A stretch of 64,000 bases of DNA from Chiloscyllium plagiosum. Taxonomy: Eukaryota. Each line of letters opens with the position of its first letter. Within the stretch, counting starts at the first letter, position 1. A program made the translations under genes and the position numbers. Below are positions 40,501 to 52,500 of the stretch, one piece after another. The notes below the pieces were generated by a model. It was not told the origin of the DNA and did not search any database. It saw only the letters and a list, made by a program, of their open reading frames with translations. The stretch is taken from positions 63,327,243 to 63,391,242 of the forward strand of contig NC_057727.1 in assembly GCF_004010195.1 (NCBI RefSeq), written 5' to 3'.

Positions 40501-43500
40501 AATAAACGTTGGTCTGGCTAGCGATGTCCTCATTCCATGAATAAGTTGTTAAAAACTCATATCTACACACCTCTACATTGTTCACTCTCACAGCACTGTC
40601 ATTTGGTCAGGCCAATCTAGCTCTTGTCCAGAGGCGCAAACACTATTTCTCAGCTGACCTGCAGTTCCAGCACTGAGGGAGTGCTCCACTGTCAGAGATG
40701 CTGCCTTTTGGTTGTGCTCCTGTCAGCTGAAGGTAAAAGATCTCACGAAACAATTGGAGAAGGACATGACAGTCCTCTCTAGGTTTCTGACTAGGAGGTC
40801 AGAGTGCTGCCACTGAGCTCTGACCAAGAGCAAGGTGGTGGTGGTGACATTCTCAATAGGAAAAGAGAATTCTGACTTCATAGTTCAGCACCGCCATCTG
40901 ACAAGTGTGTCTTTATTTCAATCCCTTTTTTTGAATTATTAGTTTCATAGCGCTAATAATTCTACTACGCTTATCGTGAGATTTCTATTTGCCTTTTAAA
41001 AATATTTATAATTATTCACATTTTATTTGCTTGGAATGCAACATTCAAAGCCATCTTGAGAATCTAATCACTGCAATAGACTTCACCACACTACCAATGT
41101 ATCTGTCTATTTATAAGAATATCCATCTGTTCCCAGAATATAATCTGGTTTGACTGATCATCTTTGTAAAAAATGCTCTTTATCGTTACACTCAGTCACT
41201 GAAACATGGTCACACAAGGTAGCAGAGTTTCTTTTACAACACAGCAAAAACTTATTACACAAAAGATAAAAGAAATACATAAAAGCTACCTAAGTGTCGA
41301 ATGCAGTTTAGAAAAATCTTATAACACCCAATAAAACAAAGTTTTCAACCTATTTCCTAACACCATAAATTTACAGAAATTCAAATTGAGAGAAAGTACT
41401 CCTCCATATCAAATATTTAAGGTCTATTTAACTGATTTTTCTTCAGTCTCTTTTCAGTGAACCGTGATGTCTTCTTGTGTGAATACTCACAAAGCTGAGA
41501 GCTTAAATTTTCTCACCTTCTAACAACCTGCAGAATGTTAATCAAATTTGAATGAAATCTGCATAAATTAAACTGCTGCTGAGGTAACTTACTCCCTGAA
41601 CTGCTCTGAAAAGCTTTTTTCTGTGAGAGAGAGTCTATGGTTGCTTCTGACTCGAGTCAGCTCTTCTCTGAACTCCCCTAAAAGCTTTGAATCTCTGGGT
41701 TTGCTAAACTAAAGTCAACAATTGATTGTTTTGAAGTGAAAACAAAATAATGACCTTTCATGTTTCCTCTACTTAACATAAACTCTATAGTATGAACATC
41801 TTATTCCATTGACACTACACGATCCCCTGCTCTCTGACAATATATTGGATTAGGTGACTGTTCTATCAGGCCTCTATGACTCTTCCTTTTGTAATCAAAA
41901 TCCGTACACAAAACAAAACAACATCTTATGCCACTATTTTGAAATCCAAACTTATAAATATCACATAACATTCAGCACAGTTACTGAGAGTGAGTGAGTG
42001 TGAGAGAGTGAATGAGATTGCAAATGTAAGAGAGAGAGAACAAGTGAGAGAAAGAGCAAATGAGTAAGAGTGAGTGTGAGTGTGAGTAAGTACCCCGACA
42101 CTGGACGTGAGCCAAGCATACACTCACCAGATAAGGGCTGCTCAGAGCAGGGACACACACGTGCATTCCCTCATCCCCCTCCTTGCTGCACTGATCAAAT
42201 ATCCAAGCTGAAAAACCACACACTTTTGTATGAATTCTATAGAGATTCAGAATGTAAGGTTAGTGATAATTAAACAGTGGCACAGTGATTAGCACTGCTG
42301 CCTCACAGTGCCAGAGACCTGGGTTCAATTCCCGCCTCAGGCGACTGACTGTATGGAGTTTGCACATTCTCCCCGCGTATGCGTGGGTTTCCTCCGGGTG
42401 CTCCGGTTTCCTCCCACAGTCCAAAAATGTGCAGGTTGGGTGAATTGGCCATGCTAAATTGCCCATAGTGTTAGGCGTAGGGGAATGGGTCTGGGTGGTT
42501 TGCGGGTCGGTGTTTTTGGGCCGACTCCTGGTTTAGCGCCAATTCCAATCCCCTACCCCGGTGACTAGGAGTTGGGATCTGGTCTGTGAAATAACTCCAC
42601 AGAGGCTGTTATCCCCTTGCCAAGTCACTCTTTATTTACACGTGCATAGCACTTAACACTGGTCTGGCATCCTCAGAGCCAGCTCTCAGAATGAACAAAA
42701 CCTCTGACATTCCTGATTCTGTCAACCAGATTGGACTAGATTAACAGCCCGAATTAGGAAATGCATATTCTATGAGATCCACCTAGCCGAATTCATTCCA
42801 ATTACTATACCTGTCCCCCTCAAAGTCCAGGGAAGTAGGCCTGTTCTTTCTCTTGTACCCTCTCCTGGGGCATTTTCATACTGGGTCCAGTTCCTCCAAT
42901 TCAGCCTCAGATACGGGTAGCGTGTATGGGACTATAACCCTCCTCTTCTGCCAGGACCATCTCGAACAAATTCATCCTCTTTAGCAAAAAAGGCAGCGAG
43001 GCTGCAAGATCCATGATGTCTATCTCAGACTCTGGGGTCTCTTTGCTGTTAGACACAGGGGGAGAACCTATGGGATGCAACAGGCTTTCTGGCTGTTTTG
43101 AGTGGCCGGGTATGTTTTGCCCCTGCCCTTTTTCTGGGTTTGCAGGTTTCATGTGGCCATATCCTTGTTCAGAACTGCCTCACCTACCCAAACTTTGTGT
43201 GCCACAGGACCTGGGCTCTTATCAACCATGACTCTTATCCATGCGGGGCCACGTTCGTAGTTTCAACATTAAACTTCGCCCACTAAAGTAAATTGTCTTT
43301 CTCGTGTAGAGGAGTCTTGTGTTTGGTATTGACATTCCTGATGCCATTTCACTCCCACCTCCAGGTCCGGGAAGATCAGATTTAACCTGGTGCGGAGTCT
43401 TCTCCCCATTAGCAACTCTGTCCCTGTAGTTGCATGAGGGCATAGGAACCAGGACAGTTTGGTACCAAGTGAAGCTGTAGGCTAATTCTTTAAGCCTGCC

Positions 43501-46500
43501 TTCAGATTTTGGACTGCTGTTTCTGCCAGAATGATTGGACGACGAATGGTATGGATCTGTCCTTATACACTAAATGCCGTTCCACTGTAGGAAATCTCAA
43601 ATTCCTTGCTGGTAAATGATGGCCTGTTGTCCATGGCCAACACTTCCGGGAATCTGGAAAGGGAACCGGCAGGCAGTGCAGGGATCCCTTGTGGCCGTTC
43701 CCCTTAATAGAAAGTATACTGTGTTGGGGGGGACGACTTACCTGGGGTAAGCCATGGGGTACAGGTCTCTGGCACAAAGTCTGTCCCTGTTGCTCAGAAG
43801 GGAAAGGGCAGAGGAGCAGAGCATTCGTCATTGGGGACTCCATTGTTAGGGGGACAGGTAGGAGGTTCTGTGGGAATGAGAGTGACTCACGGTTGATGTA
43901 TTGTCTCCCAGGTGCCATGGCTCATGATGTCTCTGATCATGTTTTCGGGATCCTTGAAGGGGAGGGGGGAGCAGCTCCAAGTCGTGGTCAACATAGGTGC
44001 CAACAGCATAGGTAGGAAAAGGGATGGGGATATAAGGCAGAAATTTAGGGAGCTAAGGTGAAAGCTTAGAGCTACAACAAGCAGAGTTGTTATCTCTGGT
44101 TTGTTACCCGTACCACGTGCTAGTAAGGCAAGGAATAGGGAGAGAGAGGAATTGAAGACGTGGCTACAGGCATTGTGCAAGAGGGAGGGTTTTGGATACC
44201 TGGATAACTGGGGCTAATTCTGGGGTAGGTGGGACCTCTACAAACAGGATGGTCCACACCTGAACCAGAGAGGTACCAATATGCTGGGGGGAAATTTTGC
44301 TAATGCTCTCCAGGTGTGTTTAAACTAATTCAGCAGGGGGATGGGAACCCAAACTGTAGTGCGAGTATACAGGAGGTTGAGAGTAGTGAGGACCAAAATA
44401 AGATTTCAAGGTTGCAAGAGGGCACCAGCAAGTTAGAAGAAGGCTTGAAGTGTGTCTACTTCAATGCCAGGAGCATCCGGAATAAGGTGGGTGAACTTGC
44501 AGCATGGGTTGGTACCTGGGATTTTGATGTTGTGGCTATTTCAGAGACATGGCTAGAGGAGGGACAGGAATGGTTGTTGCAGGTTCTGGGGTTGAGATGT
44601 TCTAGTGTGAACAGACAGGATGGTAAATGTTGGGCGGGGATGGTGGCATTGTTAGTCAAGGACAGTATTACAGTGGCAGAAAGGACATTTGAGTGCTCGT
44701 GTACTGAGGTACTATGGGCTGAGGTTAGAAATAGGAAAGGAGAGGTCACCCTGTTGGGAATTTTCTATAGGCCTCTGAATAGTTCTAGAGATGTAGATGA
44801 AAGGATAGCAAAGATAATTCTTGATAGGAACGAGAGTGACAGGGTAGTTGTTATGGAGTACTTTAACTTTCCAAATATTGACAGGAAATATGATAGTTTG
44901 AGTTTTTTATATGGGTTAGTTTTTGTCCGATGTGAGCAGGAGGGTTTCCTGACACGTGTGTAGACAGGCCAACAAGGGGTGAGGCCATGTTAGATTTGGT
45001 ACTGGGTAATAAATCTGGCCAGGTGTTAGATTTGAAAGTGGGTGAGCACTTTGGTGATAGTGACCACGATTTGGTTATGTTTAATTTAGCAATGGAAAGG
45101 GATAGATATATACTGCAGGGCAAGAGTGAGAGCTGGGGGAAAGGCAATTACGAAGCGATTAGGCAAGATTTAGGATGCATAGGATGGGAAAGGAAACTAC
45201 AGGGGATGGGCACAATTGAAATGTGGAGCTTATTTAAGGAACAGCTCCTGCGTGTCTTTGATGAGTATGTACCTGTCAGGCAGGGAGGAAGTGGTCAAGC
45301 GGGGGAGCCGTGGTTTACTAAAGAAGTCGAATCTCTTGTCAAGACGAAGAAGAAGGCTTATGGTAGGATGAGACATGAAGGCTCAGTTAGGACACTTGAG
45401 AGTTACGAGTTAGCCAGGAAAGACCAAACGAAAGATTTAAGAAGAGCCAGGAGGGGACATGAGAAGTCGTTGGCGGATAGGATCAAGGAAAACCCTAAAG
45501 TTTTCTATCGGTATATCAGGAATAAAATGGAGTATGGACGTATGGAGTCAGCTATTACAAGGGGGCATAGCTTTAAATTAAGGGGGGGGGGGCAGGTATA
45601 GGACAGATGTTAGGGGTAGGTTCTTTACTCAGCGAGTCGTGAGTTCATGGAATGCCCTGCCAGTAGCAGTGGTGGACTCTCCCTCATTATGGGCATTTAA
45701 GCGGGCATTGGATAGGCATATGGAGGATAGTGGGCTAGTGTAGGTTAGGTGGGTTTGGATCGGTGCAACATCGAGGGCCGAAGGGCCTGTACTCTTCTAA
45801 AAGAATGATGAGAGTAAGATTAGGGCCAATCAAGGACAGGAGTGGGAAGTTGTGCGTGGAGTCCGAGGAGCTAAGGGAAATACTAAATGAATATTCACAC
45901 TGGAAAATGACAATGTTGTCAAGGAGAATACTGAGATACAGGCTACTAGACTAGACGGGATTGAGGTTCACAAGGAGGAGGTGTTAGCAACTCTGGACAG
46001 TGTGAAAATATATCAGTCCCCTGAGCCAGATGAAATTTATCCTAGGATTCTCTGGGAAGCCAGGGAGGAGATTGCAGAGCCTTTGGATTTGATCTTTATG
46101 TCGTCATTGTCTACAGGAATAGTGCCAGATGACTGGAGATAGCAAAGATGTTCCCTTGTTCAAGAAGGGGTGTAGAGGCGACCCTCGTAATTACAGACTA
46201 GTGAGCCTTACTTCGGTTGTGGGTAAAGTGTTGGAAAAGGTTATAAGAGATAGGATTTATAATCATCTAGAAAGGAATAAGTTGATTAGGGATAGTCAAC
46301 ATGGTTCTGTGAAGGGTAGGTCGTGCCTCACAAACTTTATTGAGTTCTTTTGAGAAGGTGACCAAACATGTAGATTAAGGTAAAGCAGTTGATGTGGTGT
46401 ATATGGATTTCAGTAAGGCATTTGATAAAGTTCTCCACGGTAAGCTATTGCACAAAGTACAGAGGCATGGGATTGAGGGTGATTTAGTGGTTTGGATTAG

Positions 46501-49500
46501 AAATTGGCTAGCTGAAAGAAGAAAGAGGGTGGTGGTTGATGGGAGACGTTCATCCTGGAGTTCAGTTACTAGTGATGTACTGCAAGAATCTGCTTTGGGT
46601 CCACTGCTGTTTGTCATCTTTATCAACGACCTGGGTGAGGGCGTAGAAGGATGGGATAGTAAATTTGAGGATAACACTAAGGTCAGTAGAGTTGTCAACA
46701 GTACAGAAGGATCTTGTAGGTTACAGGGGGACATAGATAAGCTGTAGAACTGGGCTGAGAGGTGGCAAATGGAGTTTAATGTGGAAAACTGTGAGGTGAT
46801 TCACTTTGGAGGGAGCAACAGGAATGCAGAGTACTGGGCTAATGGTAAGATTCTTGGTAGAGTAGATGAACAGAGTGATCTCGGTGTCCATGTACATAGA
46901 TCCCTGAAAGTTGCCACCCAAGTTGATAGAGTTATTAAGAAGGCATACCCTGTGTTAGCTTTTATTGGTAGAGGGATTGAATTTCAGAACCATGAGGTCA
47001 TGCTGCAGCTGTACAAAACTCTGGAGCGGCCGCACTTGGAGTATTCAGTGCAGTTCTGGTCACTGCATTATAGGAAGGATGTGGAGGCTTTGGAAAGGGT
47101 TCAGAGGAGATGTATTAGGATGTTGCCTGGTATGGAGGGAAGGTCTTACGAGGAAAGGCTGAGGGACTTGACGCTGTTTTTGTTAGAGAGAAGAAGGTTG
47201 AGAGGTGACTTACTTGAGACATATAAGATAATCAGAGGGTTAGATAGGGTAGACAGTCAGAGCATTTTTCCTCGGATGGTGATGGCTAGCATGAAGGGGC
47301 ATAGCTTTAAATTGAGGGGTGATAGATATAGGTCAGATGTCAGAGGTAGTTTCTTTACTCAGAGTAGGAGAAAGGGTGTGGAATGCCCTGCTTGCAACAG
47401 TACTAGACTTGCCAACTTTGAGGGCATTTAAATGGTCATTGGATAGACGTATGGATGAAAATGGAATCGTGTAGGTTAGATGGGCTTCAGATTAGTTTCA
47501 CAGGTCGGTGCAACATCAAATGCCGAAGGGCCTGTACTGCTCTCAATGTTCTAGGCTCTGTTGCAAAAGATGCTTGCAGCTTTTCTATCCTCATCCCTGT
47601 GTTTGACAAATAAACTCTATGCACATCTGACCACTTTGAGTGGGCATCCACAATGACTAAGAACGTTGGGCCCATGAAAGGCCGGTGTCGTCGACTTGTA
47701 ACTGAGTCCAGGGTTTACCCGGCTATTCCCACAACTGGGGGGGAGCGTCTGGTGGTAATTTTTATTTTTGGCACTCTGGGTACTGCCCCCAAATGCAGCA
47801 TCCAATCTTAGTTATCACAATATAACTTCACACCAACATCTTCATTCTGGACACTCTTGGATGGCCCTAGTGGAGTTCAGTCCGTATCTGGCAGTGTCCT
47901 TTGCTTGGGACAATCGCTCTTGCTCCCCACAATAAAATGCTACCCTCTTTGGTGATCTGATCTCACCATGTCTAGAAAGGTTTCAATTCTGGTTGCAATG
48001 GCCTTTTGTTTTCCTCCATTACTACCAGCTGTTTTAGTTTTGCCAGGACCCGATCTTTTTGCGTCCACAGTCTGATATTGTATGCAGTGACTGGAAGTGT
48101 GTCCAGAAAGCCAGAACAGACTCTTCCAGTGGTGGTACCAACTGGACAGTGTTCCAACTTGTAATTATTTGCACTTAGAATGAGAGCCCACCACTGAATT
48201 CGACCTGAAGCAATGATGGCACTGTTTTGTCCTCTCTGAGTTGTCCTAGCAGGGGTTTGTGTTCAGTTACTATTACAAGTTGATGTCCATAAAGGTGTTG
48301 GCGGAACTTTCTCACACCAAAGATGACCGCCAAACTTTCCTTCTCTCTCTGGGTGTATTTGCGCTCAGCATCAGCCAAAGTCCAGGAATTACAAAGTATT
48401 TGGTGTTCTTCTCCATTTGGTTATCTGTGAGCCAACACTACATCCGTACCAGATGGTGAGGCATTGCACATCAGCGCCACATCTTGCTTGGGATCGTAAT
48501 GTGCCAAAATTTTGGACAAAGATAGTTGCTTCTTCACTTCCCTAAAGGCTACATATTGGCTCTGAGACCAATTCCAAGGCTAAGCGTTTTTGAATAGCAG
48601 ATATACGGGTGTAAGGATGGAGGCCAGTTTATATATGAATTTTCTGTAATAATTCACTAACCCAAGAAAAGCTCTCTGCTCTGGTACTGACTTGGAACCG
48701 GGGCATCTTTGATCTTCCTCGCTTGGTCTTCCAACAGTGTGATCGGTCTTGTCAATTCTATAGCCAAGTAAGTCACTCGGGGTACTTGGAACGTGCACTT
48801 TTCCCTTCTAAGGCGTATGCCTGCCTTGGACAAATGTCTAAGGACGATGTCCAAGTTCTCTAAGTGATTTTTATTGGTCTTTCCTGTTTTTCGAACACTA
48901 TCCAGGGATAGCCCTTGTAAAATGTTCTCCATTGTCCAGTAAAAAATGGCACAGGCTGATGATACCCCAAACGGTCTTGTGTATTGGTACCTTATGGATA
49001 TTAATTGTAGCATACTTCTGGGAATCCTCATCTAACAGCAGTTACAAGTACACATCGCTGATGTTGCAGCTTTGCGAATGATAGCTCCCCTGCCAGTTTT
49101 GTGTAAAAGTCTTCTATGTGAGGGATTGGGTGTTTATCTAGTTGCAGAAAGCAGTTTACCATTTGCTTGAAATACTCACAAAGGGGATCTGACCCATCAG
49201 GCTTCACAATTGGTATGATCAGTGCTGCCCATTCTGCAAACTGGACTGGTTTAAAGATTCCACCACTTTTCAGCTTCCTGATTTCAGTTTCTACTTTTGC
49301 ACATAAGGCAAATGGCACTGGGCAGACCTTACAGAATCATGGAGTTACTTCCCGGTCAACGTGCAAAAGGTGGCCTTGTCTCCTTTGATGGTCCCTCAAC
49401 CTTCCTGAAAAACGTCTAGGTATTTAATTAAGACTTCATTCAGGCAGCCATTTTCTCATTGAGAAATGTTGGGATAATCAAGGTGAACCTTTCTCAACCA

Positions 49501-52500
49501 ATTTCATCCCATCAGGCTTGGGTCCAAGTCTTTTACTATAAGCAGTGGGAACTGAACCAGCAGCTTCTCTCATGAGACGGGAACTGAAGTCGTACCCTTA
49601 ATTTGTAAATCGGTCCTCAGGCTAGCTGAGGTCTTTCGCAAACCTAAGGTTTGGAGTCCAGAGCAAATTGTGTTAAAGACTGGTTCTGCAATCATTGATA
49701 CAGCCAAGCCAGTACCAACCGAGTGATCATTTAACCATATGTTTATTTTCATTGATTCTGACTTGTACGTTGCTAAGCAATTTAACTGTTCCAAACCAGT
49801 TGGAGGTGGGCTTTCTAGGGTGTGCACTGTGAGTTCTCTTACTGAATTCTGGCCTAGTGGGACTCTTTTGTTGTCTTGAGTCTGCATACAGACAGCAACT
49901 ACAATGGCTCGTCGGCCTGGATCCTGAAGCAAATGTTAACCATTTGGTTGAGACTTGACTTTGTTTTGGGGTTTTGCTGTGGGATGGCCTCGAGTCCCTC
50001 TGTTCAGGGTATGTCCTGAGTGAAGCTTTGCAATTGCTTCTCTCAAGTAGTGTACACCAACCGCAGTCGGCCCGGTGAGAGTGTCCACTTCCATTGGCAA
50101 ACCACATGAGCATAACTCATATGCTCCACTTGCCGCATTCTCTGATGCCAAAGCCAGTAGTGGTGCCTGATTGGAGTCCAGTTGGACTTCAGCTAGTAGG
50201 TACTTTTACATGAACACATCATTAATCCCACATACCAAATGGTCTCTCGGCATCTCATTAGGAGTTAAACCAAAATCATATGCCTCTGGCAATCGCCTTA
50301 ACCTTGTCAAAAATTCTGACATGTATACCCCTGGTTCTTGAACTGCTGAGTAATAACAATAGTTCCTCAGAATTAGAGGAAGCTTGGGGTTGTAATATTT
50401 CTTAAGTAAATCTGTCAACTCTTGAAAGGTTTTAGTACCTGGTGCCTCAGAGAACATTAGCCTCCTAATAGCCAGAAAAGCTGCTGGCCCACACACTGTC
50501 AGGAGAATAACTCATTGCTTTTCATCTGCCCCAATGTAATTTGCACAGAAAAATAAACACATTCTTTCCACATACTGGTCCCAGACTTTGATGGCAGAAG
50601 CAAACAGGTTATGCTTTCCAAATAACAGCATGATGCCAGAAATGTTTAACCCAACTCAAAGTTGACTGTTGTGAGTGCATTTTTCAGGAACGTATTTCTT
50701 TTTCTCTCATTGCCACTGACGCAACTCCACACAGGCCAGTATCCCACCTCCAAGTCACCTGTTAGATACATGTGGAGAGTCCTTGATACTGATCCAACTC
50801 TCTCAGAGCCAGCTCTCAAGTGAGCAGGATGTCTGAAACTCCTATTCTTTGTCTGTCAGCCAACGTTCCCTGATTGGAACAGATTTACAGTCCCTAATCA
50901 GGGATCTTATATTCTATGAGGTCCACCTGGCTTCCCTTATTACAATCACTATAGCCTGTATTTCTCTAACTCTGTTTCTTAAACAAAATAACAAACAAAA
51001 TTGGTCGGTTGGCTCTGCTGCACTCTGTAATGGAACATTTTTTGGAATTACTCATTTTTTTCAGAATGATCAACTTATTGCTTTGACTTTTGTTTTGCCC
51101 GGCAAGTTATTAATGAAGTCCTCAGTGACATTCATGTTTAATGTTCTCACAAACCAGAACTCAGAGAACTGCTGCTGTGTTTGTTGCTGGAAGGCTCACG
51201 GGAAGCCTGACTGGTTTTTTTGGAGGCATGGCAAAAGGTGTTTTTTTTTTGCTTCATTGGAAATGAAAGGTGTGAGAAGTGTTCAGCACATCTGACACAG
51301 CATTTGTGCAGAGAGAAAACAGATGCCAGTGATCCTGCACTGGGAATAGTGAAGGTTGTGAACCCAGACTGTTGACCTTGGCTTCTCTCTCTACAGCGGT
51401 TGCCAAGTCTGGGCTGAGCATTTCCAGATCTTATTTCAGCTTCTGCAGTAGGTTCCTCTCCTATTCATGATTGGTATCTGTAAACATGGTTATTTTTAAT
51501 TAATTGAGAAACATTTATCACTCAATGCAAAGCGTATTTTTTTTCTGTTAAGTCCACTGTATGGATTAGAATAGCAATTATTGCAAGCAAATTGGTTGGT
51601 GCTCATTTACTGGAATGTTTACTCTTGCTACTAATAAGCTTGGAAGTGAAACCAGGAATCATGAACCAATGTCACTGTGAAAGCAAGATATTCTCAGTAG
51701 TAGATGGGATTGCTGCTTGCATTGCTTGTGAAATCAAGTCTTTTGGATGTTGCTGATCTGACATTGCATTGGGCCAGATTCACTGTGCGAGCGTAAATGA
51801 ACAATTGAGCTGTGAACAATGGCTGACAATCACTGTAAAGCGTGTCTGAAACCCAACCTTTTGATGGGCTTTACAAACATGAAGGGGAGGGTCGACGGGG
51901 TTGGGATGGTGGGGAGCGGCTGGATAAAAGGGTCCAGTTGCAAGAGAAAAACAACAGGATCCAGGAATTCACTCCCTCGGCCTGCTCAACAGCTTAATCC
52001 TCTCTGGAGAAAAGTTAAAAATCACACAACAACAGGTTATAGTCCAACAGGTTTATAGAGCTAATGCAGTCACCCTGTAACCTTAGAGAGTATAAAATAA
52101 TGCACTTACTATAAAATCAGTTGCAGGTGATGGTGCTGACACGATGGTGTAGATTTGGGAAAGTGGTGTTGCTGTTTCTTCTACACGCACTGTGACTCCT
52201 ATGTGAGGTCAAAATATTGGTTCAAGTAAATGGTATCAGGAGCAGTAATGGCTGGAGTGTACATTAGAAAGACTCAGTGTCTTGGTATTCTCACTATTTG
52301 TTCCACCCCCACAGAACCAGACCTTAATAGACAAGAACCCAGAAACCAAAACCAGTTCCTAGTGAGGATGAGCTTACAGCTCAAAATTGTGTTGACTTCA
52401 AACTCATTACAAAATGACAACCTGAAAGGCTGGTTTAGAAAACTGAGAATTGAGATTTGGGGTTTGAAATGAACCATTGAGCAAGCCTGGGCTGTATCTT

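Larger units (their letters stand above)
42587..50953 (-). mobile_element. Decayed full-length Gypsy LTR retrotransposon (5' LTR 50717-50953, gag-PR-RT-RNaseH-IN, 3' LTR 42587-42809)
   Basis: Two homologous LTRs, PBS-like tggcaatgag after the 5' LTR, PPT before the 3' LTR, near TSD gtctg/gcctg. ORF remnants: LVCGIND (gag), IVKPDG, PFGVSSA, FLGLVNYY (RT), YTQREKE.LA.IFGV.KF (RNase H), LVIVDAHSKW (IN). Many frameshifts. Confidence 0.9.

Noticed and set aside
41186-41965. Possible minus-strand solo LTR
   Set aside because: Only TG..-like termini and AT-rich composition; no second copy or clear TSD in the window.
44316-47431. 200+ aa ORFs as host genes
   Set aside because: Frameshifted pieces of CR1 ORF2.
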